Assembly (NCBI RefSeq): GCF_009914755.1
Contig: NC_060945.1
Reading direction: 5' to 3' (one strand)
Length of the DNA: 64,000 nucleotides
Origin: the human T2T-CHM13v2.0 reference genome, Homo sapiens
The notes under the pieces are model-generated. The model was not told the DNA's origin. It saw only the letters and a program-made list of their open reading frames with translations, and did no database searches. Position 1 is the first letter of the stretch, and each line of letters starts with the position of its first letter. Below are positions 1 through 12,937 of this stretch, piece after piece. A program made the translations under genes and the position numbers.

Positions 1-1270
1 TGAAAAGAAAGAATATGTGTGATAGTATTAGAAGACTCCTGTGTTTTTCTTCTTGATTATTTGGATTTGGATTATTTAGATTCTAGCATGAATTTCCACA
101 ATGAACACTTATTACTTTTATAATAACAAAAAAGCTTCTCCTTTCCCCTTCCCTCACTAGATGCTATATATCAATGGTCAAGGTAACCGTGGTTAACAGA
201 CACAATATGTAAGGGTAAAGGTTAGTTGGAGAGAAAATCGACTTTCCCTGTTTTTGTGTAGTGGTTTGGTATCACGGCTTTTAATATTTGCTCTGTATCT
301 GTTATGCACAATCTCTAAACCTGCTCATTTTAACCCATTAACATTTTGGAGTGCTAGTTATTGAAAGAATCCTATTTCATACCTAGAAACAGGGATTTCA
401 CCAGAAAATACTGATTTTGTCTTTCTTTGATTACCTCTCCTGCCTGCCATCTTTATCTGGTGAAATTCTCATTTAATCAGTAGTGTTGGCTGAGCCATTC
501 TCACTGGAGTCAGGGCTGTCTGAGTGCCAGGGGACACTCATCTGAATTGTTTCTTGTCACTGCCATGTCCCTACATCTATTCCTTGCTCACCTGCATTAT
601 TTTCCCCATTCTTCTTGCAGTCCCAGAATCACATCCAAGCCCCTTTTCTTTCTCCCTGGATGACCCCTTCCTCTGAATCTCCTTTCTAACAAGACTGGAA
701 GGTTACGTAATAAACTTCTCCCCATTACAGCATTAATGATGACAGTTGTTTAATATATAAGGCCTTCCCAGAGAATTTGTATTTAATCAGCAAATTCTGG
801 AGATCAGTCTGCATCTCAAAGGAATGCATTGCTAAGGGGAAAATTCCAGGCAGTAAGTCAGTTACAGGGGAAAATTCTCTGCACAGGTGGGCTCTTCCGG
901 GGCTGGGTGCTGCCTACGTATTGTTCAAGCACCTACACTGAGCAGATTCTTGCATGGACTGACTGGGATTAAGGGCAGACTTCCAAGAAATCACTCATGT
1001 CTCCATTCATTCAACCACCATTTGTTAAAGATCTCCCACGTGACTTCTCGAACTCCTTGGCTGGGTAAAATTAGCCCTAGTTCTTAGTATTTACCACACT
1101 TTAATTGATTTCCTTCACCGAACTAAGGGTAGACCAAGCCAGAGACCCTGGAACCCTTAAAACCCTTCATAAACATTTGTTGAACAAATGCATGCAGCCA
1201 AGTAACTGACTCTTCCTTAGAGATACAAAGATGAGGAAGGTATGGTTATTCCTTCAAAAAGCTCACAGTG

Positions 1271-1591
<321 letters not shown>

Positions 1592-2218
1592 CTAAGCCAT
1601 GACCAGGTGCTCAGTAGTCTACTAGGGCCTCCAAAAGCCTCAGTTTCTGTCCCTACAGGGGCTTAAGATGGAAGCTTGAGTGATGAGACTGTAGCTCCAG
1701 TGATAATATAAATGATCTCTCTTGTGTGTCACAGACACTCAGAGCTCAGGATACTAGAAGTGGAGCGTAGCAATCAGAAAAGTCTAGCTAGGTATATAAG
1801 AATCCCATCTCAACCTCCAATTGGTCCAGTTACAAAAAGTCCTACAGATGAAGGACTTGAGAATAGGGTTAGGCTTTAAATAAGTGGGAAAAAGATATAC
1901 CTCTGCATTTCCTCATTACTACCTAAAAAGAAAAGGTATAAGGAAAGCTTTCCCCAATCAACCTACACAAGAATCTGCTCAGTGTAGGTGCTTATACTAG
2001 TTAGTTAACGTTCCACTATCATCCACTGTCATGTGGCATCAAATAAGCAGGTGCTTTTATTAAAGGACATATATACTTTACTCATTTTGAACAAATTTGA
2101 TGGCTTGTATTTTTTTGCATGGCATTGGGTTAGTGCTAATATCTATTAACGGATGTCCTGGATTTCTTAGGAAATCCTACCTTTGCATATTTCATTTTAA
2201 AAATAAATGCTATTCACG

Positions 2219-2703
<485 letters not shown>

Positions 2704-2724
2704 CTATGATAAAGACAATTCTGG

Positions 2725-3264
2725 AAGAACAAATTCTCTGAAGATGGCTGCAACACTGTCTCCTACTCCACATGCTCTCCTACAGCCTTGCCATTCCTGT
2801 TGGGAGAAGGAATGTATGTCCCCTGCCCTTGAATGTGGAGGACCTTTGTGAGTGCCTCAAGTGACACTATATGGTGGAAAAGACACCAAGTTTAGGTCAT
2901 AAAAAGCCATGCCCTTCTGCCTTGTTCTCTCGGGGCACTTCCTCTTGGAACCCAGTTGCCCACCATGCTGTCAGGAAGCCCAAGCAACCCATGAAGAGGC
3001 CCATACAGAGATGAACTGAGGCTGCTGGCCCAGAGCTCTGGCTGAGCTCCTCACTGGCAGCTGGTATTTTTGCCAGCTATATAAGTGTGACAACTTGGGA
3101 GTGGACCCTCCAGTCGCCAGCCAAGGAAACCCAGAGGATGATGCATGGAGGAGAGAAGAATCATCTCTGTGCAAACTGCAGATTCACAAGCAAAACAGAT
3201 GACTATTGTTATTTACAGCCATTACGTTTTGGGTGGCTTGCTGTGCAGCAATAGTAACTGGAAC
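2725..3264 (+). mobile_element. MaLR solo LTR (MLT1G/H-like)
   Basis: AAGATGGCTGCAA...CCCTTGAATGTGG body and typical MLT1 3' end TTTTGGGTGGCTTGCTGTGCAGCAATAGTAACTGGAACA. Confidence 0.7.
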
Positions 3265-3459
3265 AACATTTCTGCGATGGGCAGAAGTGGCAAGGATTGT
3301 AACTCATTAGACTCAGAAGGCGAGGTCACCTGAGTAAGCAGTGTCCTTAGTGGAACAGTGGGTGTAAGAGGAAGGAGAGATGGGTGGGTGTGGGGCTTCT
3401 TGCCATCTACATATGTAGGGTCTGCCTTTTACTTGCACATCTGTGAGAGGTGTACAACA

Positions 3460-3690
3460 GAGTTGTAGAAGTATGGACTCTGGAGCCAGGCCACCTGGGT
3501 CTGAACCTGGTGTTCCATTTCTTAGCTGTGTGACCTTGGGCAAGGTTCTCAAGTCCCATGTGCTTCAGGTTCTTCATCTGTAAAGAGGATAATCACAGGA
3601 CCTACCTCATGTGGTGGTGGTGGCACAAATTGACCTAATGCCTACATTGAGGCTTGGTGCATAGGAAGTTTCTATGAAAGCGTTCACTGT
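3460..3690 (+). mobile_element. MIR SINE
   Basis: GACTCTGGAGCCAG...CTGGGT, core AGCTGTGTGACCTTGGGCAAG and CTTCATCTGTAAA. Confidence 0.8.
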
Positions 3691-3719
3691 TATGATCCAC
3701 ATAGGTGTGGGCCTCAGAC

Positions 3720-4173
3720 TATGAGCTGGGCTGAATGACAGCCCCTCCCTAGTCCCTGGAGCTTGTAAATATGTTGCCATACATGGAAGAAGGGACTCTG
3801 CAGGTGTGGCTAAGCTAAGGATCTTGAGACTAGGAGATGATGGATTACCAGGGTGGGCCCAGTGTAGTCAAGGTGTCTTTATAAGCAGGATATGGCAGGG
3901 TTGGAGTCGGAGATGGAGACAGGATGATGGAAGCAGAGATTTGAGTGATATGGGGCCATGAGCCAAGGAATGTGGGAGTCTTTGGAACCCGGGAAAAGGC
4001 AACGAAACGGATTTTGCCCTAGAAGTAACGCAGCCAGGCTGACACCTGATTTTAGCCCATCGAGACTGATTTTGGAGTTCGATCTCCAGAACTGTACAGT
4101 CATAAATCTGTGCTGTTTTCAGCCACTAAAATTGTTTGGTAATCTGTTACATCAGCAACAGGAAGCAAATACA
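3720..4173 (+). mobile_element. MaLR solo LTR (MLT1C/D-like)
   Basis: GGGACTCTGCAGGTGTGGCTAAGCTAAGGATCTTGAGA, GAGCCAAGGAATGTGGG, CTCCAGAACTGT, 3' end GCAACAGGAAGCAAATACA. Confidence 0.8.
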
Positions 4174-4704
4174 AATTTAAGACTGGAGAAAGGTAGCTTT
4201 ATAGAACATCCAGCAGCTAGAATGTTCAAAGGAAGTTGGGCTTTGGAATCAATAAACTGCTGTCCCTTTATTTCTTCTTCTCCTGACTTAGGCTTCGAGG
4301 GATGACATTTTCTTTTTAATCCTAGCATGTGAAGTGGCCAAAGCTCAGGCTTGGGTGTCAGATGGGCCTGGGCAGGAACCCTGGCTGCAGTCCTTACTTG
4401 CTGGGGGTCCTCAGTCAACTGGTGGTGCTGGCCAAGATGACCACAGTGGCACTGACAGCCAGAGTCAGTTGCCTGCTAGCCATTCGGAGTGGTCAGTGCC
4501 CACGAGGTACCAGTTACTATGTGCTATGAATATTATCTCTAGACTGAATCCTATGAACTTCAGTTTCCTCATTTGCAATTTGGGAACAATCTAAGTCAAA
4601 GGTTGTTGTAGAATGTGCATAGGTAGGTGCTTCTCAGACTGTGGCTGCCACAGCAGCAGTAGCTGCCTTACTTGGCAACTTGCCAGAATTCTTGCCCTAC
4701 CTAT

Positions 4705-5174
4705 TGTGGTAGGCTGAATTCTCAAATGGCCCCCTGGTGGACAAGCTTTGCATGATCCCGGGACTCTGTGATGGATTCTGTTTCCACAGTTAGGTTATAT
4801 TACCCTGGGAGATTATGTGGGGTGAACACTTAAAAGGGACCGGGTTCTTTCTGAAGTCGGAGAAAGGATGGGAGAGACATTCTCTGTTGCTGATTCTGAA
4901 GATGGAGGGGGCCATGTGGCAAGGACTGAGAGTGGCCTCAAGGAGCTAGAGTGGCCACGGGGATCTGAATGTGCTTAGAAGCAGATTCTCCGCAAGAGTC
5001 TCCAGACAGGAACGCAGCCCAGGAGAGAACCGGTTCCAGCCTTGTTAACCTTGAGCAGAGAACCCTGTTGTGCACATGGTGATTTCTGACCTACAGACCT
5101 GTCAACTAAGAAATGGGCATTGGAAGCCACTAGATTTGTAGTAATTTGTCACACAGCAATAGAAAACTAATATA
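4705..5174 (+). mobile_element. MaLR solo LTR (MLT1E/F-like)
   Basis: TGTGGTAGGCTGAATTCTCAAATGGCCCCC start; AAGCCACTAGATTTGTAGTAATTTGTCACACAGCAATAGAAAACTAATATA end. Confidence 0.8.
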
Positions 5175-5200
5175 TATTTACTGAATCAGAAACTCTGCTG

Positions 5201-5256
5201 GTTTTTGTTTGTTTGTTTGAGACAGGGTCTCACTGTGTCACCCAGGCTGGTCTCAA
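5201..5256 (-). mobile_element. Short Alu/FLAM fragment
   Basis: (TTTG)n followed by GAGACAGGGTCTCACTGTGTCACCCAGGCTGGTCTC. Confidence 0.7.
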
Positions 5257-8032
5257 CGAGCCTTTGCTGAATCTCTTCCTTGTCAGAGGAGACTGCTGGT
5301 CCCCAAGATAGAAAGTAAAGGAGACCCAGCCCTGCTGTCAGGAAGCACCCGCCTCGGGTTGGAGTAAAAGTCACACATGGGACAAGGCTGTAAGTCTCAG
5401 CAAACAGCAGTGCGAGGGACGCACGTGGAAGAGGGGTAGTGAGGGCACCTTGTGGGCAGGAGAGCCTTTTAAAGACTGTATGATGTGAACTCCAAGATCT
5501 ATCCTTGAAGGCCAGGGAGTGGTTGAAAGATGGAGCCCTCTGATTTGTGACTTCACTTCTGCAAAGCCTACTGTGTCATTTACTCCTCACCATCAGTGGA
5601 GCGAGAGCCTCTGGGACCACGTCTCCCGAGTCCCATGCCTGCCATCATGGTGTGGGCTGGACCAGCCTTCTTAGTGGGATATGTTCCCCATAGAAAGTAA
5701 ACCAAGAGGCAAAAGCAAAGCAAAGCTACGAAAGCAGGCTCAGTGCCCCCGCCCCTTGTTTCAGTGTCACCTCAAGTTTGCTTCTTGCTCTCAGAGGGAG
5801 ATCACAGCATTGCACAACGGGCAGTGTTGACTATTTGCTGGCCCTTGTCACCCACCCTTCCAAAACTCGGGCAGAGGACAATCTGAACACCAGTGTGACA
5901 GTTTCTAACAAAAGGCTTTGCTAGTACAGTGCCTGAGTGTGGGTGTCCACTGAAAACTAATTTCAGCCCTGACTAAGAAAGGCATCTCAGAAATGAGGAA
6001 GTGTATTTTGGGCTCCTGTGGTTTCTGATGAAAAATGCTGCAATGTGGGGCATGGGTGAAAGGGAAACACTGAGAAAATAGATGTGACCCCCAGTATGCT
6101 TCCTTGAAGAAGTGGGGGGCTGGCCAGGCCAGGCACAAAGATCCTTTGTGTTCCCTGAGCCTGTGACTTCTCCCGCTGTTTCTCAGCAGTTACACTAACG
6201 ACATTGTGGAGGAAACAGCTTCTCCTTGCATGGCCCTGCCCCTTGCACTCTAGACTGTTTAGCCTCCCTGCTGGTCAGTCCCCTCTCCCTACAAATGCCA
6301 GCAGCTTTCCCCCAGTCCATGCTGCAACCACAAAGTCTCGCAAGGATTTTCAAATGCCACTGGGAGGATAGCGGTGCCACCCATGGAGAATAATGACCCC
6401 AGGCCCTAAAATGAAACAGGTTGCTCTAACATTCGAAGAATAGCCCCAGCACACCAAATGCATTCACTTAATTTCTTGTTCAACAGAAAAGAATGACCTC
6501 TTTTAATACAGAGCTGCTTTGAAACATGTCATTTCAAACAGGTCCTAAGAAGATCCTGATATTTGTCTGTATCTTAACTGGATCTCTGTGGGTTGAAAAA
6601 CGCTCATAGAAATGTTGAAGGACGTCAGTCAATCTTTAATAAGATGAGATTTCTCAGAGATACAACATGCTGTTTGACCATCTGAAGGATGCTAAAAGAA
6701 AGTGATTTACTGAAATAAAATAGATAACAAACATTTCAGTGACTTAGAAAATGGCGAGAAATCACGTCAGGCAAGTTTATATTTTTGTGTTAAAAAATCC
6801 CCACCTAACAACACTCTCTTCCTTACATTTCTTCCCAGCAGGCCAAGAACTTACTAAACTCTGGCTCTAGAAGAAAATAACATTAAAATGCTGACTTTAC
6901 AGGTATATAGTCTAGCATTTGTTGGCAGTTACTTATTAGTTTTTTTTTTTTTTTAGAAATGTAAAAACTATTTTCTTTGTTTCAAACGAATAGGCTCTAA
7001 CTTAAAATAATTTACTTGTACAATTAAATTGTCTGAAAAACCCCAACAATGCTGTTAACACGTTGTTAACAGGTACACAACTCCCCTCTATTTTAGGAGC
7101 TGACGCAAAGAAGACAGCACAAACATGAACAAGAAAACAATCGCTGTCGCTTAAAAGCAACACCGTCTTAGCAGTTTAAAGACAGACACTGCATGCTCAC
7201 ATACTAACAATAATTATGAGTCTCCAACTCAGAGGGTAGAAGTCAGAAGACGCAAACAACATCCACCGTACCAGGAACTGAAGAATAGGAGGAAGCAGGT
7301 TTAGAATAGCAATGGGTTTTTCCCTGAGATGTACATTTTACAAGAAGCATTCAATTCCATTTTAGATATGGAAAAAGAGCGTGTTTTTCCCATCAAAAGG
7401 GGGAAACAGGAAAAGTATAAGTAGCTTGACCCATTATTATGTCCTACCTGGAAAAAAGTTTTTTTAAGTGGAGAAAATGATTAGTCATGAGTGCATGACT
7501 TATTAAAAATGACTTTCTGGGTAACAGAGACCAGATAATACCTACGTGAATAAATCTCTCCCCAAACCCTAGTTTGGGGCCCACACTTTTGCAAGGTCTC
7601 CAGTGAGTAAGACAGTAAATTCTGTGGCTGGCGTTTTCTTTGGAACACAAAGGGTCGCAAACAAACTCCTACTCAGCTGCAGCCACTACCCCTGCCAAAA
7701 TTGAGTAGCTGAGGATTCAGCGAAGGGTTCGGGCTCCACGTCACCCAGGTGCTACAGGAGCCTGAGCCCAGGAGCAGGGACTGTCCCACATGCCAAGAGA
7801 ATAGGGCATATCCAGGAGTCCAGGCCCATCACAGCCGCCAGGTTTTTACCTAGGTCTACTACTCTTTCCACATCACAGCTTCCCCTCACCTTTCTCCCCC
7901 TCCCTCACCTGCTCACTGCCATGTATGGGAATGCACCCCAGGAAACACACAATTTTGAAAAACATCGTCCCAAGAGAAAAAGGCTGTCATGAAGAGGCCA
8001 GGCAAATGACCTCAATTAAGCACTTTGTCCAA

Positions 8033-8728
8033 TGCTAATGGATTGAATTCTGTTCCCCTAAAATTCACATGTTGAAGTCCTAACACCCAGTGCAATGGTG
8101 CTATGGTTTGAATGTGTCCCCCAAAAGTTTATGTGTTAGAAACTTAATTGCCATTTTAACAGTGTTGAGAGGTAGGGCCTTGACAAGGTGAGGAGGCCAC
8201 GAGGGCAGAGCCCTTACAAAGGGATTCATGCCATTGTTGCAGGAGTGGGTTAGTTATCCTGGGAGTGGGCTCCTGATAAAAAGGATGAGTTTGGCTCCAT
8301 GTCCTCTCCCTGTCTCCTGTGCTTGCTTCAGCTTCTGCCTTCTGCCATGCGATGACCCTCACCAGATGCTGGCACCATGCTCTTAGACTTTTCAGCTTCC
8401 AGAACCGCAAACCAAATAAATCTCTTTTATTTATAAGTTACCCAGTCTGTGGTGTTATGTTATAGCAACAGAAAATGGACTAAGACATGGTATTTGGAGG
8501 TGAGGCCTTTAGGAGGTAATTAGGGTTAGGTGAAGTCAGGTGAGTAGAGTCCTTTTTGCAAGAAGGTGACAGTCTACAAGCCAGGAGGAGAGCCCTCACC
8601 AGGAATCAACCGTGCTGGCAGCCTAACCTCAGACTTCTCAACATCCAGAACTGTGAGAAATAAATTTCTATTGTTTAAGGCACCTAGAACAGGGCATTTT
8701 GTTATAGCAGCCCGAGCAGATGAAGACA
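8033..8728 (+). mobile_element. MLT1A-like solo LTR interrupted by a nested MST LTR
   Basis: AAAATTCACATGTTGAAGTCCTAAC 5' part to 8098; resumes TGGTATTTGGAGGTGAGGCC at 8488; 3' end TATAGCAGCCCGAGCAGATGAAGACA. Confidence 0.8.
8099..8487 (+). mobile_element. MST-family (MSTB/C/D-like) solo LTR nested in MLT1A
   Basis: TGCTATGGTTTGAATGTGTCCCCC start; AATAAA; TATAGCAACAGAAAATGGACTAAGACA end. Confidence 0.82.
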
Positions 8729-9948
8729 CCTACCACCACTCAGCTTTGGAACCAGGATTCTGAACCAAAGTCTATAGATCCTATGTTCTTAACAACTGCA
8801 TTTTACTACTCTTTGAGACGAACTGAATTTAGCCAATCAATGTAATTTCACATTGATTTTCATTACAGTGGACCTTTTGCTTTCAAAGTTACATATGAAA
8901 TTTGTTTTGCATGGCTAGATATGTGCTGGATGACTAAGAATTTTATAATTGGCATATCAATAATCAAATCAGTTTTCCTAATAAAATGACATGTCTGATT
9001 TCTGCAAAAGCTCTTCAGTGTCCTCTCAAACTGAGAAAGCTGGAAAGTAGAGTTTTCAAAAGAGTAAAAATAATAATAAAAAAAAGTTAAGGCAGTACCG
9101 CTGAGAATTTAAATTCTCTGCAATTCGAAACTTTTGAAATATAAAACTTTTAAAAACAGTTTCACTGAGGTATACCTTACATCCCATTTTAGCACTTGTA
9201 AAACCTTTGTCTTTAACTGTATTGTGATAACATTGATATCCTGCTTAACATAAGAAATATTATTTTAATTGAAAACATTATTCATGATAATTTAAAAAGC
9301 TGCTATTAACTTCTACATCTGTCAGTAAATCTACTAAAGTTTAGTTCAAAATATGCCGGCAAAGGAATCTTAAATTCTCTTAGTGCCATCTAAATAAAAC
9401 TGTATTTCTTCTAAGTTCTATTGTAAACAAAGCAAAGGACTATGCCAGAATATATAGCAATTAGAGAAAAATGCCTACTTTTCCTCTTTGCACTTATTTT
9501 GTGCGCTTGTTTCTTGTTTTGTGTAGGTTTGATGATTTTGCCAAATTGCACGGTCAGCAAACAGTTCGTTGTGGTCCAACACCCAGGATAGGGACTATGA
9601 GACCGTTTGCCAGGTGCTAGATGGTGTTCAATCATCTCACGCCTGAAGCTCTTCATCAGTCTTCTGTTGCTCAGGCTCTTCACTGTCTCCATCCCTCGTG
9701 ATGAAAGACAGGCGTGTCTCTGGCCAGGGACTAAGGCGCCATGAGCATGTGTGCTTTGTTTGGGTGTTGGTGTGCTCTGACTCATGCTCTCAGTGGCCCT
9801 CGAAGGCACCAGGTGAAAGAAGAGGGTCAGACAACCACTAGCCACAGCTGTGGCAGCCTCGGTTCAAAAATGTAAAATCTGCCATGCAGGCAGTTTCAAA
9901 GACTTAACCTATGCCTTTGTATAATTATTATTTTTACTTCTTTTATAG

Positions 9949-10159
9949 CAACGTTCATTTTCTAACCTGAAGGTGGTTCAGGTGATGTTCTAATCTGCTT
10001 TTGAGTTTGAAAATGCATCTACCAGATGATTCATGGTGGCTGCCGAGGTGGTGAATACCGAGGATCCCAAAATGAAAAATTACGGAGGGAAACTTAGAAA
10101 AGTAGTACTCTCTCACAGCCAGAGTGGTGCTGGTGACCCTCCAGTCCAGGCTAAAACAG
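9949..10159 (+). other. Candidate plus-strand exon (211 nt)
   Basis: Acceptor TTTTTACTTCTTTTATAG| at 9948 and consensus donor CAG|GTAAGC at 10159/10160 in unique sequence; no transcript evidence. Confidence 0.3.
9967..10150 (-). other. Candidate minus-strand exon (184 nt)
   Basis: Acceptor TTTTGCTTACCTGTTTTAG|, donor CAG|GTTAGA; motif-only prediction. Confidence 0.25.
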
Positions 10160-10368
10160 GTAAGCAAAATATTTGCCTTGTTTTTAATATACATCAAGCA
10201 AAACAAGGTTTAACTCTATCTGTGGCATCTACAGCAGCTGTCTCCAAGATGGAGGACAATGATGGGGACCAGGAGGAGGTCAGCAGCCTCAATGGCTGAT
10301 GTTCTGAAATATTTCTGAGTGGAGCTAAGGGGGAAGTGGTTTGCCAACATTATCAGTTTATTCGTTTG

Positions 10369-10398
10369 TCCATCCATCATCCATCCATCCATCCATCC
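10369..10398 (+). repeat. (CCAT)n microsatellite
   Basis: TCCATCCATCATCCATCCATCCATCCATCC. Confidence 0.85.
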
Positions 10399-10889
10399 AC
10401 CGAACACCTACAGGCACTGACCATGCCAGCTACTAGAACCCAGAGATGACCATGCCACCCAGACAGACTCCAGGAGGTACTGAACACAGACCTAGGTGAA
10501 GTTCTGAGGCCCACCTTGCTCCTTCCCCGAGATGTGCCTGCTGGTGGTGGCAGTGACAGGGTGGCACATCAATGATGAGGTGGAGTATGGAAGAATGGAA
10601 GCACTGCCAAGACTCCTGAGTGGCAGAGGCCCATTCTATTATCTGTGGACACCCTCGTTGTATTTCTAAAGAGGTTTTCTCACAGAGCAAAACCACCTGA
10701 TACCCTAAAATATCATTTAGACAATTATGTTATTATTGTCCCAATTCTTACTTCCACGACAAAACAGCAGATGTGTCATCTCCCAATGAAGATGAAGACA
10801 AAACTATTCTCAAAAAGAAATGGAAGAACCATGAAGTAATCTCCATTTGAGAAACAGTTTTGCAAATTCAAAGTGGCTTCTGTGAACTT

Positions 10890-11273
10890 TGTTTTGGCTG
10901 AAATGAACTCCTCCCAAAAATACATATGTTGAGTCCTAACTGTCCTGGTACCTCACAATGTGACTGTATTTGGAGGTGGGGCCTTTAAATGGGTGACTGA
11001 GTTAAATTGAGGCCATTAAGGAGGAGCCCAATCCAATCTGCTGGGTGTCATTATAAGAAGAGGAGATTTGGACACCAGACAGAGAAAAGACCATGTGAGG
11101 ACAGAGAGAGAGCATGTCATCTATGAGCCAAGGAGCAAGGCCTCTGAGGGAAATAGCCCTGCCATCACCTTGATCTTGGACTTCCAGCCTCCAGGATTAT
11201 GAAACAACACATTTCTGTTGTTTAAGCCACCCAGTCTGTAGTATTCATCATGGCAGCCCAAGCAGACTAACAC
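10890..11273 (+). mobile_element. MLT1A0/MLT1B-like solo LTR
   Basis: CATATGTTGAGTCCTAAC, TGTGACTGTATTTGGAGGTGGGGCCTTTAA, GGACTTCCAGCCTCCAG, TTTAAGCCACCCAGTCTGT. Confidence 0.85.
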
Positions 11274-11635
11274 CACTGCCAACTTAAGAGCATGTAACAA
11301 TATAAAATATGCCCATCTCAAACTACCACCTTCATCCTTATAGGTCTCTACAGTTGGCTTTAATGTTCTCAAGGAAAAGCCTCTGAAAGAAAATGATGAG
11401 ACAGGAATGTAATGAATGTAGCTTCAGTCCCCCATACTAAGGCATGCCCCCACTACCTTTAGATCCATCCAATGGAGTGGGCAGAGCTTTATCATATAGC
11501 CGATAGAATCTGTATCCTGCTGTCAACTAATACCAAGCTGTAAGTAACTCATTCACATATGCACAACTCAATGCACATAACTCAATGATGTTGATAAAGT
11601 CAGACAAGGAATTCTATGACAACGATTAAACTCAC

Positions 11636-11690
11636 CTTTTCAAATGCCACATTTTGGTAATCATCTGGAATGGGGCTCTTGTTTTTAAAA
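11636..11690 (-). other. Candidate minus-strand exon (55 nt)
   Basis: Acceptor TTTTCCTTGGGTCTTCCCAG|, strong donor AAG|GTGAGT; motif-only. Confidence 0.3.
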
Positions 11691-12774
11691 CTGGGAAGAC
11701 CCAAGGAAAATAGTAGAAAGGCTTTTAAAGGCACCCATGACACTAAGAGAAAACATTAGAATGGGTGCATACCAATAGTAACTATTTTTAATCTTATGTC
11801 CTGAACACTCTTCCTTTTTGGATGGTGTGTATGAAGGTCTGTGGCTGGCTTCTAAACTGGAAAAGTCACAGATATTTACCCTTGCAGAAAATATCTATAA
11901 TCATTTCTTCCTTGGAAAAAATAATGACAAACCCTGAATCACATTTCCTAAAATTTTAAAATAACGATGTTGATTTGCTGGTTTATTTGAAAATTCCATG
12001 GTAATAAAGTAACCAATTAAATATTTAACCTACTTTTACTGGGACAATTGAGGGAAAACAGGAGGAGGCAGAAGGCAGCTCTCTCACTGGTTCAACAATT
12101 CTTCAGCTAGTCCAAAACCCATGTTCTGGTGATTGGTGATTCTGAAATACAGCTGCTGAAGTTTCCACACTGGGACACTTCCCCTAGTGAACATTCTTTT
12201 TTGATCTTTAAGTCAATCTTAAAGAATTCTGAAGTCTCCCAAACCTTTGTTCATTGGACTTCCAGCATTTTTCCCTTGCCACTAATGTCAAAATCCCTTC
12301 TTATCCCACTAAACTTTCTGAACTCTCCCTGAATGTTGGAGGATGAAGACAAGTGGGCTGTGTAAAAAAAAAATCTTAGAATGAAGACTTAGGAATAGCG
12401 ATCATGGGTCCCAGGGGAAGACTTAGATGACCAACAGTTCTAACCACCTTCCTTGCTCAGAAAGTGTCCAGTCAATGGAGAAAGGAAGGCATTATTAGCT
12501 CTTGATGAGGCTTTGGCAGAATTTGGGACAGATGGCTGTGTGCTCAGAGGATCAAGTGAAGTTTAAGATACAAGGTGGAAAGGCCAGTAGGACTCACGTG
12601 ATGTCCCTATCAGGGTTCCTCTCCATCCTAGGGTGTTCCTCAGTCCTGCTGGAGGGCTGGTGTTTATATGATGTAGAGAGGTTTGAGGTCTTGGATACAG
12701 AAGGGCTGGCTCTGCATTACTAGCGTTAGAGGCACGATACCCTTTAGGGTTTGGCTTCTTGTTGAACTCTACAG

Positions 12775-12937
12775 ATGTTGTTTGGTATATAGTGTCCAAG
12801 AACAGTGGCATCACCTGTGAGCTTGCCAGAAACGCAGAATCTAGAGCCCCACCTGAGATCTACTCAAGGAGAATTTTCATTTTAACAAGATCCGAAGTGA
12901 CTCCTGTACATAGTAAGGTCTGGGAGGCATTGGTCTA
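12775..12937. mobile_element. MER5A-like hAT DNA transposon remnant
   Basis: GGCATCACCTGTGAGCTTGCCAGAAACGCAGAATCT...CATTTTAACAAGATCC...GGGAGGCATTGGTCTA. Confidence 0.7.

Noticed and set aside
6940-7500. Poly-T tract followed by UTR-like sequence, possible processed pseudogene on minus
   Set aside because: No canonical polyA signal at the right distance, no convincing TSD and no recognisable parent gene
9411-9845. 144-aa minus-strand ORF
   Set aside because: GTG start, no recognisable protein, no convincing exon boundaries
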